From positions 1-40,148 of the IMG/VR virus record IMGVR_UViG_3300016672_000107: DNA of 40,148 nucleotides; one strand, given 5' to 3'. Below the pieces are notes generated by a model. The model saw nothing but the letters and a program-made list of their open reading frames with translations. It ran no database searches and was not told where the DNA came from. Source of the DNA: a virus. Its lineage: Duplodnaviria; Caudoviricetes. This document shows, piece after piece, positions 1 through 8,469 of this stretch. Position 1 is the stretch's first letter; each line of letters starts with the position of its first letter. The position numbers were made by a program, and so were the translations under genes.

Positions 1-21
1 CGCGAGCTGGCGCGGATCGCG
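1..21. repeat. Terminal direct repeat (identical to 40128-40148), i.e. circular assembly overlap
   Basis: CGCGAGCTGGCGCGGATCGCG at both ends; the initiator ORF reads in frame across the join. Confidence 0.95.
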
Positions 22-162
22 GCTATCGAGGACGTGGGATCGATGCTCGCCGAGCGGCGCGAGTTCATGGCGAAGGTCGAGCGGCGTAACGCGCCGATGG
101 CGATCGGGTCGCTCCTCGGCCAGCTCCCGCTCCGTCCCCCGGTCCGTGGTGGCCGGCCGTGA
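1..162 (+). CDS. C-terminal part of the replication initiator (continues from 39447 across the junction)
   Basis: Frame RELARIA|AIEDVGSMLAERREF...GGRP* ends at TGA 160-162, overlapping GTG 159 of the next ORF. Confidence 0.85.
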   Translation, partial: RELARIAAIEDVGSMLAERREFMAKVERRNAPMAIGSLLGQLPLRPPVRGGRP

Positions 163-371
163 CCGGCTGGCAGATCGCGGGCGCGGCCTATCTCGCCCTC
201 GGCGCGGTGTTCGCGGCCTCCGTGATGGTCGAGACGGAGACGGAGGAGCAACGCGCCGACATGGGGACGCCCCGATGGTGGGCGGCTTGCGTGTTCGCGG
301 CCCTGGCGGTCGCGGTGTCGTGGGGACCTGTCGTCGTCTGGTCGCTCCTCCACCCGGAGGACGACCTGTGA
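159..371 (+). CDS. Small membrane protein (2 hydrophobic segments)
   Basis: GTGA coupling at both ends; IAGAAYLALGAVFAA and WWAACVFAALAVAVSWGPVVVW. Confidence 0.65.
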   Translation: MTGWQIAGAAYLALGAVFAASVMVETETEEQRADMGTPRWWAACVFAALAVAVSWGPVVVWSLLHPEDDL

Positions 372-646
372 CCCCGGAGCGGGTCCTGTGGTGGATCGTC
401 CTCCTATGGGCGATCCGCTACGCCTGGCGCGTCAACGCGAAGGCGGACCGGCTCGGGCGAGCCGACACATCGGGAACGCGAACGCTCGAGCTTGGCGCGC
501 GAAAGCTCGAGGAGCTGGTCCGGTTCGCCGGCCCGGAGCGGCTCGAGGGGCAAGGGCCGGGCGTCGTGTCGTGGGAGACGGAGGTCGGGATCAGCGGGCA
601 ACGCTACCGGCTCAAACTGGAAAGGCGGATATGGGAAACCGAATGA
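368..646 (+). CDS. Hypothetical protein with N-terminal membrane anchor
   Basis: GTG 368 overlaps the upstream TGA; VLWWIVLLWAI; ATGA overlap with the HNH gene. Confidence 0.6.
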   Translation: MTPERVLWWIVLLWAIRYAWRVNAKADRLGRADTSGTRTLELGARKLEELVRFAGPERLEGQGPGVVSWETEVGISGQRYRLKLERRIWETE

Positions 647-1392
647 CGGGCCGCGCCGGACAAGCGGCGCTCAAACGACGGCGGGCGCAGCACCCCTTTT
701 GCGCCCATTGCGAGGCGCGCGGGATCACGCGAGCGGCGGTGGAAATGGATCACGTCGTCCCGCTCGCCCTCGGCGGCGAGGACGTGGACGACAATATCCA
801 GGGCCTTTGCCTGCCCTGCCACGCGATCAAGACGGCGCTCGAGCAAGCCTCGGCCGGCGGTGCGGCGAACCATCCCGATTGGCTTCGCCCGGCCGGGTGC
901 GAGCTGACAATCGTGTCCGGGCCGCCTGGCGCGGGCAAGTCGAGCCTGGTCGAGCAACAGGCCGGCGTCCTGGACGTCGTGATCGACCTGGACGACCTGG
1001 CGGAACGGATCGCGCCGGGGTTCCTACCCGCGCGCCGCTGGACGTCCGAGCTATTGAACCAGGCCGTCCGCGCTCGGAACGCGCTCCTCGGCTCCCTGTC
1101 GCAGATGCCCCCGCGCTCGAGGGCCTGGTTCGTCGTGTCCGCCCCGTCCGTCGCCGAGCGGGAATGGTGGCGCGCTCGCCTGGTCCCGGTGGATTGGAAG
1201 CACCTCGACCCAGGCCGGGAGGAGTGTACGCAGCGCGTGATCCGACGCGCCCCTACCTCGGCCGTCGCCCTGCAGGTCGAGGCGGTGGACGGGTGGTACG
1301 AACGGGCAAGGCGGCCCTGGTCGCCTGACAAGGCCCCCCGCAAGCGGGCGGTGATCGGGGCGGATGGGTATCCGGTGGAGGACAAGGCATGA
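643..1392 (+). CDS. HNH packaging endonuclease (HK97 gp74-like) fused to a P-loop NTPase/kinase-like domain
   Basis: CAHC...EMDHVVPL..GG...NIQGLCLPCHAIKT HNH motif; Walker A GPPGAGKS; position upstream of terminase. Confidence 0.85.
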   Translation: MTGRAGQAALKRRRAQHPFCAHCEARGITRAAVEMDHVVPLALGGEDVDDNIQGLCLPCHAIKTALEQASAGGAANHPDWLRPAGCELTIVSGPPGAGKSSLVEQQAGVLDVVIDLDDLAERIAPGFLPARRWTSELLNQAVRARNALLGSLSQMPPRSRAWFVVSAPSVAEREWWRARLVPVDWKHLDPGREECTQRVIRRAPTSAVALQVEAVDGWYERARRPWSPDKAPRKRAVIGADGYPVEDKA

Positions 1393-1670
1393 TGTTGGTC
1401 GCGGTGTTGGTCGTCGCCCTGTGCGCGGCGTTGGTCCTGGTCGTATGGCAGGCGCTCGAGCTGCGTCGCCTGCGATCGTATGCGTCGTATCTGGCGCGGC
1501 AAGCCGAGCGCGCTCGCGCGTCGGAGCTGGCGGCCGAGGCTCGGGTTCGTGACGTCGGAGGTAGGGGCGAGCATGGCGCGCCGATCGTGACGCCTGTCGA
1601 TCCGATCTCGCGAACCTGGTCGGCGCGTCGCGATCCGAGGGACGCGATCCCGACCGATCGTCGAAGCTGA
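1389..1670 (+). CDS. Hypothetical protein, N-terminal TM plus short coiled coil
   Basis: ATGA overlap; MMLVAVLVVALCAALVLVVW. Confidence 0.55.
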   Translation: MMLVAVLVVALCAALVLVVWQALELRRLRSYASYLARQAERARASELAAEARVRDVGGRGEHGAPIVTPVDPISRTWSARRDPRDAIPTDRRS

Positions 1671-1674
1671 CGCG

Positions 1675-1763
1675 CGCAACATCATTGCGCGATCGGATCG
1701 AACCCCGAGACGCAACATCATTGCGCGAAAGGCCAGTGCGCGACCGCGCAACATCATTGCGCG
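1675..1763. repeat. Three 17-bp palindromic repeats CGCAACATCATTGCGCG at an exact 36-bp period
   Basis: Copies at 1675-1691, 1711-1727 and 1747-1763 with unrelated 19-bp spacers. Confidence 0.95.
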
Positions 1764-1773
1764 GTCCAGCAAC

Positions 1774-1862
1774 GGAGGGGGGGGTGTCAAAAGTCTAGGG
1801 GGTTTCGCTGGACATCGGCGCCGGGCTTTTTTTTTTGCGTGGGCGATATTTCACTCGGGGGG
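1774..1862. other. Putative cos/packaging initiation region
   Basis: Intergenic G-run/GTCAAAAGTCT/T10 tract between HNH and the MTase-TerS genes, the usual place of cos in HK97-like phages; exact cut site not determinable. Confidence 0.55.
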
Positions 1863-1892
1863 TAAGGTGGCCCCTCGCAACCGGAGGACGGA

Positions 1893-3446
1893 ATGGCACG
1901 GAATGACGGAAAGGCGGGCGCTCGAGCGTCCGAGCTGGCGGACAAAGCGAACCCCGATCGGGATCGTCCGGCCGAGCGGCGCGGCACGCGGGAGGGGGAG
2001 CGGCATCCCCGCGCCGAGGAGACGGCGGACACGCTCGACGCGGCCGGATGGCCGACGTCGCGGCCGGTGACGCGCAAGGTCGCGGACCTGGTCCCCTACG
2101 CCCGCAACGCCCGGACGCACTCGCCCGAGCAAGTCGCGCAGATCGTCCGCTCGATCCGGGAGTTCGGGTGGACTGCGCCCGTCCTGGTCGCGGCCGAGGA
2201 CAGCTCGATTATCGCCGGTCACGGCCGCGTCCTGGCGGCGCAGGAAATCGGGTTGACGGAGGTCCCGACGCTCGAGGCCGAGGGGTGGTCGGACGCGAAG
2301 CGGCGCGCCTACGTGATCGCGGATAACAAGCTCGCCGAAAATGCCGGGTGGGATATGAAGCTCCTCGCAGCCGAGCTGGCGGACCTGGCGGAAATGGGGT
2401 TCGACCTGGACCTAACTGGGTTCTCGCCGGATGAAATCGCGGACATGAACCCGGACAAAAAGGGCGGCCTTACCGATCCCGACGACGCGCCGGACGTGGA
2501 CGAAAGCAAGACGACCGCGAAGCGCGGCGACGTTTGGGTCCTCGGCGGGCATCGCGTCGGGTGCGGCGATAGCACCAACCCGGACGACCTGGCGCGCGTG
2601 ATGGCCGAAGGCAAGGCGGACGGAACCTGGACGGACCCGCCGTACAACATCGCCTATTCGGGCGGCGCGCGTCGGACGGAGAAAGCGAAGGCGGCGAGCC
2701 GGATCACGAACGACGCGCTCCCGGACGCGGAGTTCGAGGAGTTCCTGGGCGACGCCCTCCTAGCGACGTTCGGCTCGATGAAGCCGGGCGCGCCGATCTA
2801 CGTCGCGCACGCCCATAGCGAAGCGGCCGCGTTCCTCCGGGCGTTCAAGACGGCCGGGTTCAAGCTGTCGTCCGCCCTGGTATGGGCGAAAGACGTCCTC
2901 CTCCTCGGCCGGGGGGACTATCAGTGGCAGCACGAACCAATTCTCTACGGGTGGAAGCCTGGCGCGGCGCATCGCTGGTATGGCGGCCGGAAGGAAACGA
3001 CCGTCCTCGAGCTGTCCAAGGGCGAGATCGTGTTCGCGATGAACGATGACGGCTCCGTAACGGTCCGGGTGGGCCAGGAGTCCCTAATTTTGCGCGGGAC
3101 CGAAATCACGGCCGAGGCGGTTGAACCGACTGTGATCCGGGGCGTCAAAAAGCCGAAGCGGTCGGAGGGGCATCCGACGATGAAGCCGGTCGAGCTTATC
3201 GAACGGATGCTCCGCAATTCGACGCGCCCCGGCGACGTGATCCTCGACCCGTTCGGCGGGTCCGGCTCGACGCTGATCGCGTGCGAAATGATGGATCGCG
3301 TCGCGCGCCTAAACGAGCTGGAACCTAAGTTCGTGGACGTGATCGTGAAGCGTTGGCAGGACTATACCGGCCGCGCCGCAACGCTCGAGGGCGACGGCCG
3401 GACGTTCGACCAGATCGCGGGGGGCGGACGTGGGCCGGCTTCCTAA
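1893..3446 (+). CDS. ParB/Srx-like N-terminal domain fused to an N6A/N4C DNA methyltransferase
   Basis: PYARNARTH..SIREFGW..IIAGHGRV..YVIADNKL (ParB-like); TDPPYN catalytic motif; HPTMKPVEL; ILDPFGGSGST SAM-binding motif; start uncertain. Confidence 0.92.
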   Translation: MARNDGKAGARASELADKANPDRDRPAERRGTREGERHPRAEETADTLDAAGWPTSRPVTRKVADLVPYARNARTHSPEQVAQIVRSIREFGWTAPVLVAAEDSSIIAGHGRVLAAQEIGLTEVPTLEAEGWSDAKRRAYVIADNKLAENAGWDMKLLAAELADLAEMGFDLDLTGFSPDEIADMNPDKKGGLTDPDDAPDVDESKTTAKRGDVWVLGGHRVGCGDSTNPDDLARVMAEGKADGTWTDPPYNIAYSGGARRTEKAKAASRITNDALPDAEFEEFLGDALLATFGSMKPGAPIYVAHAHSEAAAFLRAFKTAGFKLSSALVWAKDVLLLGRGDYQWQHEPILYGWKPGAAHRWYGGRKETTVLELSKGEIVFAMNDDGSVTVRVGQESLILRGTEITAEAVEPTVIRGVKKPKRSEGHPTMKPVELIERMLRNSTRPGDVILDPFGGSGSTLIACEMMDRVARLNELEPKFVDVIVKRWQDYTGRAATLEGDGRTFDQIAGGGRGPAS

Positions 3447-3897
3447 AGCCTCGCACCTGAAAGCGATCGAAGGCGGCCGGGATCGGAAAGAGCGGAGACA
3501 GGTCCCGGTCGCGGACACGCCCGAACCGGCGAACCCGCTTGGCGATCCCCCGCCCTCGGCGAAGCTGACGGCGCGGGAAAAGGAGGTGTGGAACCTGGTA
3601 TCGCGCGAGCTGCCCCCCGGTATGCTCGCCCTGGTCGATCAATTCGTCCTGGTCGCGTTCTGCCGTGCGGTCGCGCTGCAGGACGAAGCCTCGGAGAAGC
3701 TCCGCGCGTCGTCGCTGTTGCTGAAAACGCCAAAGGGGGCGGTGATGCAGTCCCCGTATGTCGGGATCATCAACACGCAAGCAAAGACGATCAAGGCGCT
3801 CGGCGCGGAGCTGGGGCTATCCCCGGCCGCCCGAACGCGCATATCTATGGGCGATGGCGGTGAAGAAAACGACCCGACGGCAAAGTATTTCGCGTGA
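3430..3897 (+). CDS. terS: Terminase small subunit (P27 family)
   Basis: MGRLPKASHLK..GG; QSPYVGI; ELGLSPAARTRI; precedes TerL. Confidence 0.9.
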   Translation: MGRLPKASHLKAIEGGRDRKERRQVPVADTPEPANPLGDPPPSAKLTAREKEVWNLVSRELPPGMLALVDQFVLVAFCRAVALQDEASEKLRASSLLLKTPKGAVMQSPYVGIINTQAKTIKALGAELGLSPAARTRISMGDGGEENDPTAKYFA

Positions 3898-5779
3898 TCG
3901 GGCAACCGCTTACGCGAAAGACGTTTGCGCCGGGACGATCGTCGCCGGTCCGCACGTCCGCAACGCGTGCCGGCGTCACCTGGACGACCTGAAAAAGGGG
4001 AAGGCGCGGGGCCTCCGGTGGAACCTCGAGCTTGCGGAACACAAAATCCAAATGTTCGAGGACGTCTATCGGCTGTCGGAGGGGCAGTTCGAGGGCAACC
4101 CGATGAAGCTCGAGCCGGCGCAATGCTTTATCGTCGGTTCCGTGTTCGGCTGGCAGTCCGACCGGCGCGTCCCCGGCGCTTGGGTTCGCCGGTTCCGGCG
4201 CGCGTTCGTGGAGATGGGGAAGGGCAACGGCAAGTCCCCCCTGGCGGGCGGGATCGCGCTCGACATGCTCGCGATGGAAGGCGAGGCCGGCGCGGAGGTC
4301 TATTCGGCGGCCGCGAAAAAGGACCAGGCCGCGATCCTGTTCCGCGACGCGGTCAAGATGGTGCGGCAGTCGCCCGCGCTGAAAAAGCGGATCGCGATCT
4401 CCGGGACGATCGGGAAGGAATACAACCTCGCCCATCACTCCTCCGGGTCGTTCTTTCGCCCCGCGTCGCGCGAGACGGGCAAGACAGGGTCGGGCCTGCG
4501 CCCCTATGCGATCCTCGCCGACGAAATCCACGAAATGTCCGACCGGCGTATCCTGGATATGCTGGAACGCGGTTTCAAATTCCGGCGCGAGCCGCTGCTG
4601 TTCATGATTACGAATTCCGGCTCCGACCCGAATTCGGTCGCCGGGCAGGAACACGATCACGCAATACGCGTCGCGGCCGGCTCCCCCGATCCGGTCGGGC
4701 CAGACGGGACTTACGTCGGCGAGGTGATAGACGACGACACGTTCTCCTATGTGTGCGCGCTCGACCAGGAGGACGACCCGCTCCGCGATCCGTCGTGTTG
4801 GATCAAGGCGAACCCGCTCCTCGGAGTGACGGTGACGCCCGAATATCTGGCGGGCCTGGTCCGCGACGCGGCGAATATCCCCTCGACCCGTAACGAAATC
4901 CTCCGTCTCCATTTCTGTGTCTGGACGGAGGCGTCGGTCGCCTGGTTGACCCGCGACATTGTCGATCCGGTCCTATCCGATTTCGATCCCGGCGAACACG
5001 CGGGGGCGCAGATCGTGGACGGCCTGGACCTGTCGCAACGGCGGGACCTTACGGTGAAAGCTTGTATCGTGAAAACGGGCTTTATCGAGGTCCCCGTCCG
5101 GCGGTTCGGCGACAACGGCGGGCCGCCCCTGGACGACGACGGCGAGGAGCTGGACGCGGTCGTGATGGTCAAAAAGCCGACGTTCGACGCCTGGATAGAG
5201 GCTTGGACGCCCGGCGACACGATCAAAGCCCGGTCGATCGCGGACAAGCTGCCCTATGACGTGTGGGCCGAGCAGGGATGGCTCTACGCGCCCCCCGGCC
5301 AGATCGTGGACTATCTCCACGTCGCGCAAAGCCTCGCCGAGGACGCGGACGAATTCGATCTCCGGCTAGTCGCTTACGATCGATACGCGTTCCGGTCGCT
5401 CGAGGCGTTCGTGGATCAAATCGGCCTGTCGCTCGAGTTCGTGGAGCATCCCCAGGGCGGCGTGAAAAAGGGCAAGGTCACGGAGGAAATGAAGCGGGTC
5501 GCGCGGCAAGCGAACCCGCCTCGGGAGGCCGAGGGCCTATGGATGCCGGGCAGCGTGATGGCGTTCGAGGAGGCCCTGTTAGAGCGGCGTATCCGCCTCC
5601 GTCGCAACCCGGTGTTGATCTCGGCGCTCCTCTCGGCCGCGACCGAAACCGACAAGTGGGGGAACCGATGGCTTACGAAAGCGCGGTCGGTTAATAAGAT
5701 CGACGCGGCCGTAGCGTTGTGCATGGCCTTTGGCGCGGCGGTTGCGCTGCTAGGTGACGCGGAGGGCGGTTTAGGATGA
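3854..5779 (+). CDS. terL: Terminase large subunit
   Basis: Walker A MGKGNGKS; Walker B AILADEIHE; coupling motif MITNSG; nuclease GLDLS...KIDAAVA; start chosen at ATG 3854. Confidence 0.96.
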   Translation: MAVKKTTRRQSISRDRATAYAKDVCAGTIVAGPHVRNACRRHLDDLKKGKARGLRWNLELAEHKIQMFEDVYRLSEGQFEGNPMKLEPAQCFIVGSVFGWQSDRRVPGAWVRRFRRAFVEMGKGNGKSPLAGGIALDMLAMEGEAGAEVYSAAAKKDQAAILFRDAVKMVRQSPALKKRIAISGTIGKEYNLAHHSSGSFFRPASRETGKTGSGLRPYAILADEIHEMSDRRILDMLERGFKFRREPLLFMITNSGSDPNSVAGQEHDHAIRVAAGSPDPVGPDGTYVGEVIDDDTFSYVCALDQEDDPLRDPSCWIKANPLLGVTVTPEYLAGLVRDAANIPSTRNEILRLHFCVWTEASVAWLTRDIVDPVLSDFDPGEHAGAQIVDGLDLSQRRDLTVKACIVKTGFIEVPVRRFGDNGGPPLDDDGEELDAVVMVKKPTFDAWIEAWTPGDTIKARSIADKLPYDVWAEQGWLYAPPGQIVDYLHVAQSLAEDADEFDLRLVAYDRYAFRSLEAFVDQIGLSLEFVEHPQGGVKKGKVTEEMKRVARQANPPREAEGLWMPGSVMAFEEALLERRIRLRRNPVLISALLSAATETDKWGNRWLTKARSVNKIDAAVALCMAFGAAVALLGDAEGGLG

Positions 5780-7062
5780 AGCTCGCGAAAACGACGGACG
5801 TCGTCCGGGACGTGACCCCGAAGGGGGAGGGGGGATGGTTCGCGAAGGCGCTCGCGCTGGTCGTGACAAAGCTGTCTTTGGTCAACCGGGAGGGGTGGCC
5901 GATCGATGACAGTCACGCGGGGGAGAGTGTGACCCCGCAGTCTGTCCTCGCCCTCTCGACGGCCTGGGCTTGCGTGAACCTGATCGCGGGCGTCCTCGGG
6001 ACGCTCCCGCTCGAGGTGTGGCGCACGAACCCCCGGACCGGCTTCCCGGAGCCGGCGCGGGATCATTGGCTCGCTGTCCTCCTCAAATCGCCGAACCTCG
6101 AGCAGACGAAAATCGACGTCCTCGAAATGGTTGCGGTGTCGCTCGAGCTGCGCGGGAACGCGTACCTCCGCAAGGGCCGCCTGGCGGCCGGCGGGTCGAT
6201 CGTCTCCCTAACCCCTTACGACCCGGACGACGTGTACGTCTCCCGCAACTGGCAATCCGGCGCGCTCGAATACAGCGTCCGCGATTGGCGCGGCCGCGTC
6301 GAGCGGCTCGGCGCGGACGATATCTGGCACGTCCGGGGGTTCGGCGGCTCGCCGATCGGCGGGCTATCGACGCTCGCGCACGGGAAGCAAGTGTTCGGCC
6401 TGGCGCAAGCCCTGGACAAGGCGGCCGCGACGACGTTCAAAAACGGCGTTCGGCCCTCGGGCATCCTGTCCTATGCGGATTGGCTTACGGACGCGCGGCG
6501 GGCGGACGCTCGCCGCGACGTCGATAAGCTGCAGGGCGCGGCGCAAGCCGGAAAGCCGATGATCCTAGAGGGCGGCGTTACCTGGCATCAACTGTCGTTC
6601 TCCCCGGAGGAGGCGCAAATGTTGGCCTCGCGCGGGTTCTCCGTCGAGGAAATCTGTCGTCTGTTCGGGACGCCTCCGGTCCTGGTCGGGCATACGGAGA
6701 AAGTCTCGAGCTGGGGGACCGGCATCCAGGAAATTACGCTCGGATGGGTGAAATACGGCCTCCGTCGCCGGTTCAAGCGGATTGAGGAAAGCGGGGACCA
6801 GCAGCTCCTCACGACGGCCGATCGCGCGGCCGGTTATTTCCTGCGCTACAATATCGAGGCCCTCCTACGCGCCGACAGCAAGGGCCGATCCGCGTTCTAT
6901 GAGGTGATGACGCGCGCCGGGATCATGACGATTAACGAGTGTCGCCGGCTCGAGGGCCTCCCGCCCGTGCCGGGCGGCGACGTGCCTCGGATGCAATCGC
7001 AAAACGTCCCGATCGGCGCGGCGCTGCAGGCGATCCCGGTCGCCGGGGCGACGGAGGACTAG
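5776..7062 (+). CDS. Portal protein, HK97 family
   Basis: AWACVNLIA..LPL; GNAY; IWHVRG..G.S; FKNGVRPSGIL; EEICRLFGTPP; GIMTINECRRLEGLPP..GGD. Confidence 0.96.
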   Translation: MKLAKTTDVVRDVTPKGEGGWFAKALALVVTKLSLVNREGWPIDDSHAGESVTPQSVLALSTAWACVNLIAGVLGTLPLEVWRTNPRTGFPEPARDHWLAVLLKSPNLEQTKIDVLEMVAVSLELRGNAYLRKGRLAAGGSIVSLTPYDPDDVYVSRNWQSGALEYSVRDWRGRVERLGADDIWHVRGFGGSPIGGLSTLAHGKQVFGLAQALDKAAATTFKNGVRPSGILSYADWLTDARRADARRDVDKLQGAAQAGKPMILEGGVTWHQLSFSPEEAQMLASRGFSVEEICRLFGTPPVLVGHTEKVSSWGTGIQEITLGWVKYGLRRRFKRIEESGDQQLLTTADRAAGYFLRYNIEALLRADSKGRSAFYEVMTRAGIMTINECRRLEGLPPVPGGDVPRMQSQNVPIGAALQAIPVAGATED

Positions 7063-7239
7063 GTGGTCGCGGTTGTCATCGGCCGCGATCGTTTTCTCGA
7101 CGCGCCGGGCCGCTGCCGGCAATGCGGGCGGACCGGGTACAATGTCCGGCAACTGACGTTGCACGACGGGCAAGATTTCCGGTGTTATTTTTGGGCTATT
7201 CGGATTTCGACGTGGAACGTGATGCACGGGTCGGATTAA
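7063..7239 (+). CDS. Small CxxC-containing ORF (58 aa), not in the ORF track
   Basis: GGAGG 5 nt before GTG 7063; reads MVAVVIGRDRFLDAPGRCRQCGRTGYNVRQ...HGSD* to TAA 7237-7239. Confidence 0.45.
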   Translation: MVAVVIGRDRFLDAPGRCRQCGRTGYNVRQLTLHDGQDFRCYFWAIRISTWNVMHGSD

Positions 7240-7282
7240 GATGTGGAGTCAAACGACGCGAGACCGCCGGCAGAGCGCCGGC

Positions 7283-7585
7283 TCACATCGAGTGCCCGCC
7301 GTCGCCTTCCCCGGACAGGTCGCGCTCTTTAAGCCACTTCTTCATGTCCGCGATCTCGGCCTTCTGCGCCTTCTGGATGGCCTTAGCCAGGCTCACGGCT
7401 TCGGCATTCTTTCCTTTGCTGACCTGCTTGTCGGCCATCACGAGGGCAGCTTCATGATGCGGAATCATGCCCCTGATGAATTTCACGTCTTGCGAATTGT
7501 AATCTTTCTCGTCCGCTCCCTTCACCTCCATCGCCTCGACCAGCCCCTGCAAGGCTTTGTAGAACGCGTCGACATCAGAACCCAT
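7283..7585 (-). CDS. DUF305 (ferritin-like, CopM-related) protein; moron
   Basis: DVKFIRGMIPHHEAALVMA...LAKAIQKAQKAEIADMKKWL; AGGAGG RBS before ATG 7585; lower GC; opposite strand. Confidence 0.88.
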   Translation of the reverse strand: MGSDVDAFYKALQGLVEAMEVKGADEKDYNSQDVKFIRGMIPHHEAALVMADKQVSKGKNAEAVSLAKAIQKAQKAEIADMKKWLKERDLSGEGDGGHSM

Positions 7586-7735
7586 GACAACCTCCTTTAC
7601 CTTTACCCCGACGCTTCCACGCGATAATCCGAAAGAGGAGTAGCACATGGTTGAGCGTTCTCAACACTCAAGTCCGAATAGCCTATTTTGTTACGATGAA
7701 GCGCGCATCCGTGCGCGCGTCGAGGAGGCGAAGCG

Positions 7736-8437
7736 ATGACGATGCATTACAAAGACGGGGAATTCACGGGCCGGCGATTGGAGGTCCCGTTCGAGTTCAA
7801 GGCCGAGGACGTGACCCCGACCGGACGTTTCAAAGGGTACGCGTCCGTTTTCAACGTCGTGGACCAGGGCGGCGATAGCGTCCAACCTGGCGCGTTTATC
7901 GAGGGCCTGGTCGCGGCGAAGTCCGAGGGGAGGCTTATCCCGATGCTCTGGCAGCACGACCGGACGGAGCCGCTCGGGACGTGGGTCGATCTCGCCGAGG
8001 ATACGAAGGGCCTCTATGCGGAGGGCCAGCTAGTTCTCGAGGACAATCCGGTTGCGAAGCGCGCCCATTCGCTGCTGAAAAACAAGGCGCTCGGCGGAAT
8101 GTCGATCGGCTATCGCATCCCGGCGGCCGGGGCCGAGGAGGACCCGAAGCGGCGCGGCGTCTATCTGCTGAAAAAGGTGACGCTGGTCGAGGTGTCGCTG
8201 GTCACTATGCCGATGCTGATCCAGGCCCGCGTGCAGTCGGTGAAATCGCTCCTCGAGGGCGGCGTCCACCCGTCTATCTCCGACCTGGTCGGCGTCCTCC
8301 GGGAGGTCGGGTTCGAGGCCGAGCTGGCGAAGTCGATTGGCGAGGCGGCGCGGCCGCTCCTCGAGCGAACCCCCGAGGAAAACAAGGGCATGGCGTCCGA
8401 GCTGGACGCGTTCTATAAGCGGCTTGCGGCCGGCTAA
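7736..8437 (+). CDS. Prohead maturation protease, HK97 family
   Basis: FKGYASVFNVVD.GGD.V.PGAF; MLWQHD; GMSIGY; LVEVSLVTMP. Confidence 0.95.
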   Translation: MTMHYKDGEFTGRRLEVPFEFKAEDVTPTGRFKGYASVFNVVDQGGDSVQPGAFIEGLVAAKSEGRLIPMLWQHDRTEPLGTWVDLAEDTKGLYAEGQLVLEDNPVAKRAHSLLKNKALGGMSIGYRIPAAGAEEDPKRRGVYLLKKVTLVEVSLVTMPMLIQARVQSVKSLLEGGVHPSISDLVGVLREVGFEAELAKSIGEAARPLLERTPEENKGMASELDAFYKRLAAG

Positions 8438-8469
8438 TTCGCGTCGGTCAACTAGGGAAAGGCGGGACC

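Noticed and set aside
1675-1763. CRISPR mini-array
   Set aside because: The 17-bp repeats and 19-bp spacers are shorter than CRISPR norms, there are no cas genes, and the position next to the packaging site offers a simpler explanation
1893-2450. Plasmid partition system (phage-plasmid)
   Set aside because: The ParB-like domain is the type fused to methyltransferases, with no HTH seen and no ParA found
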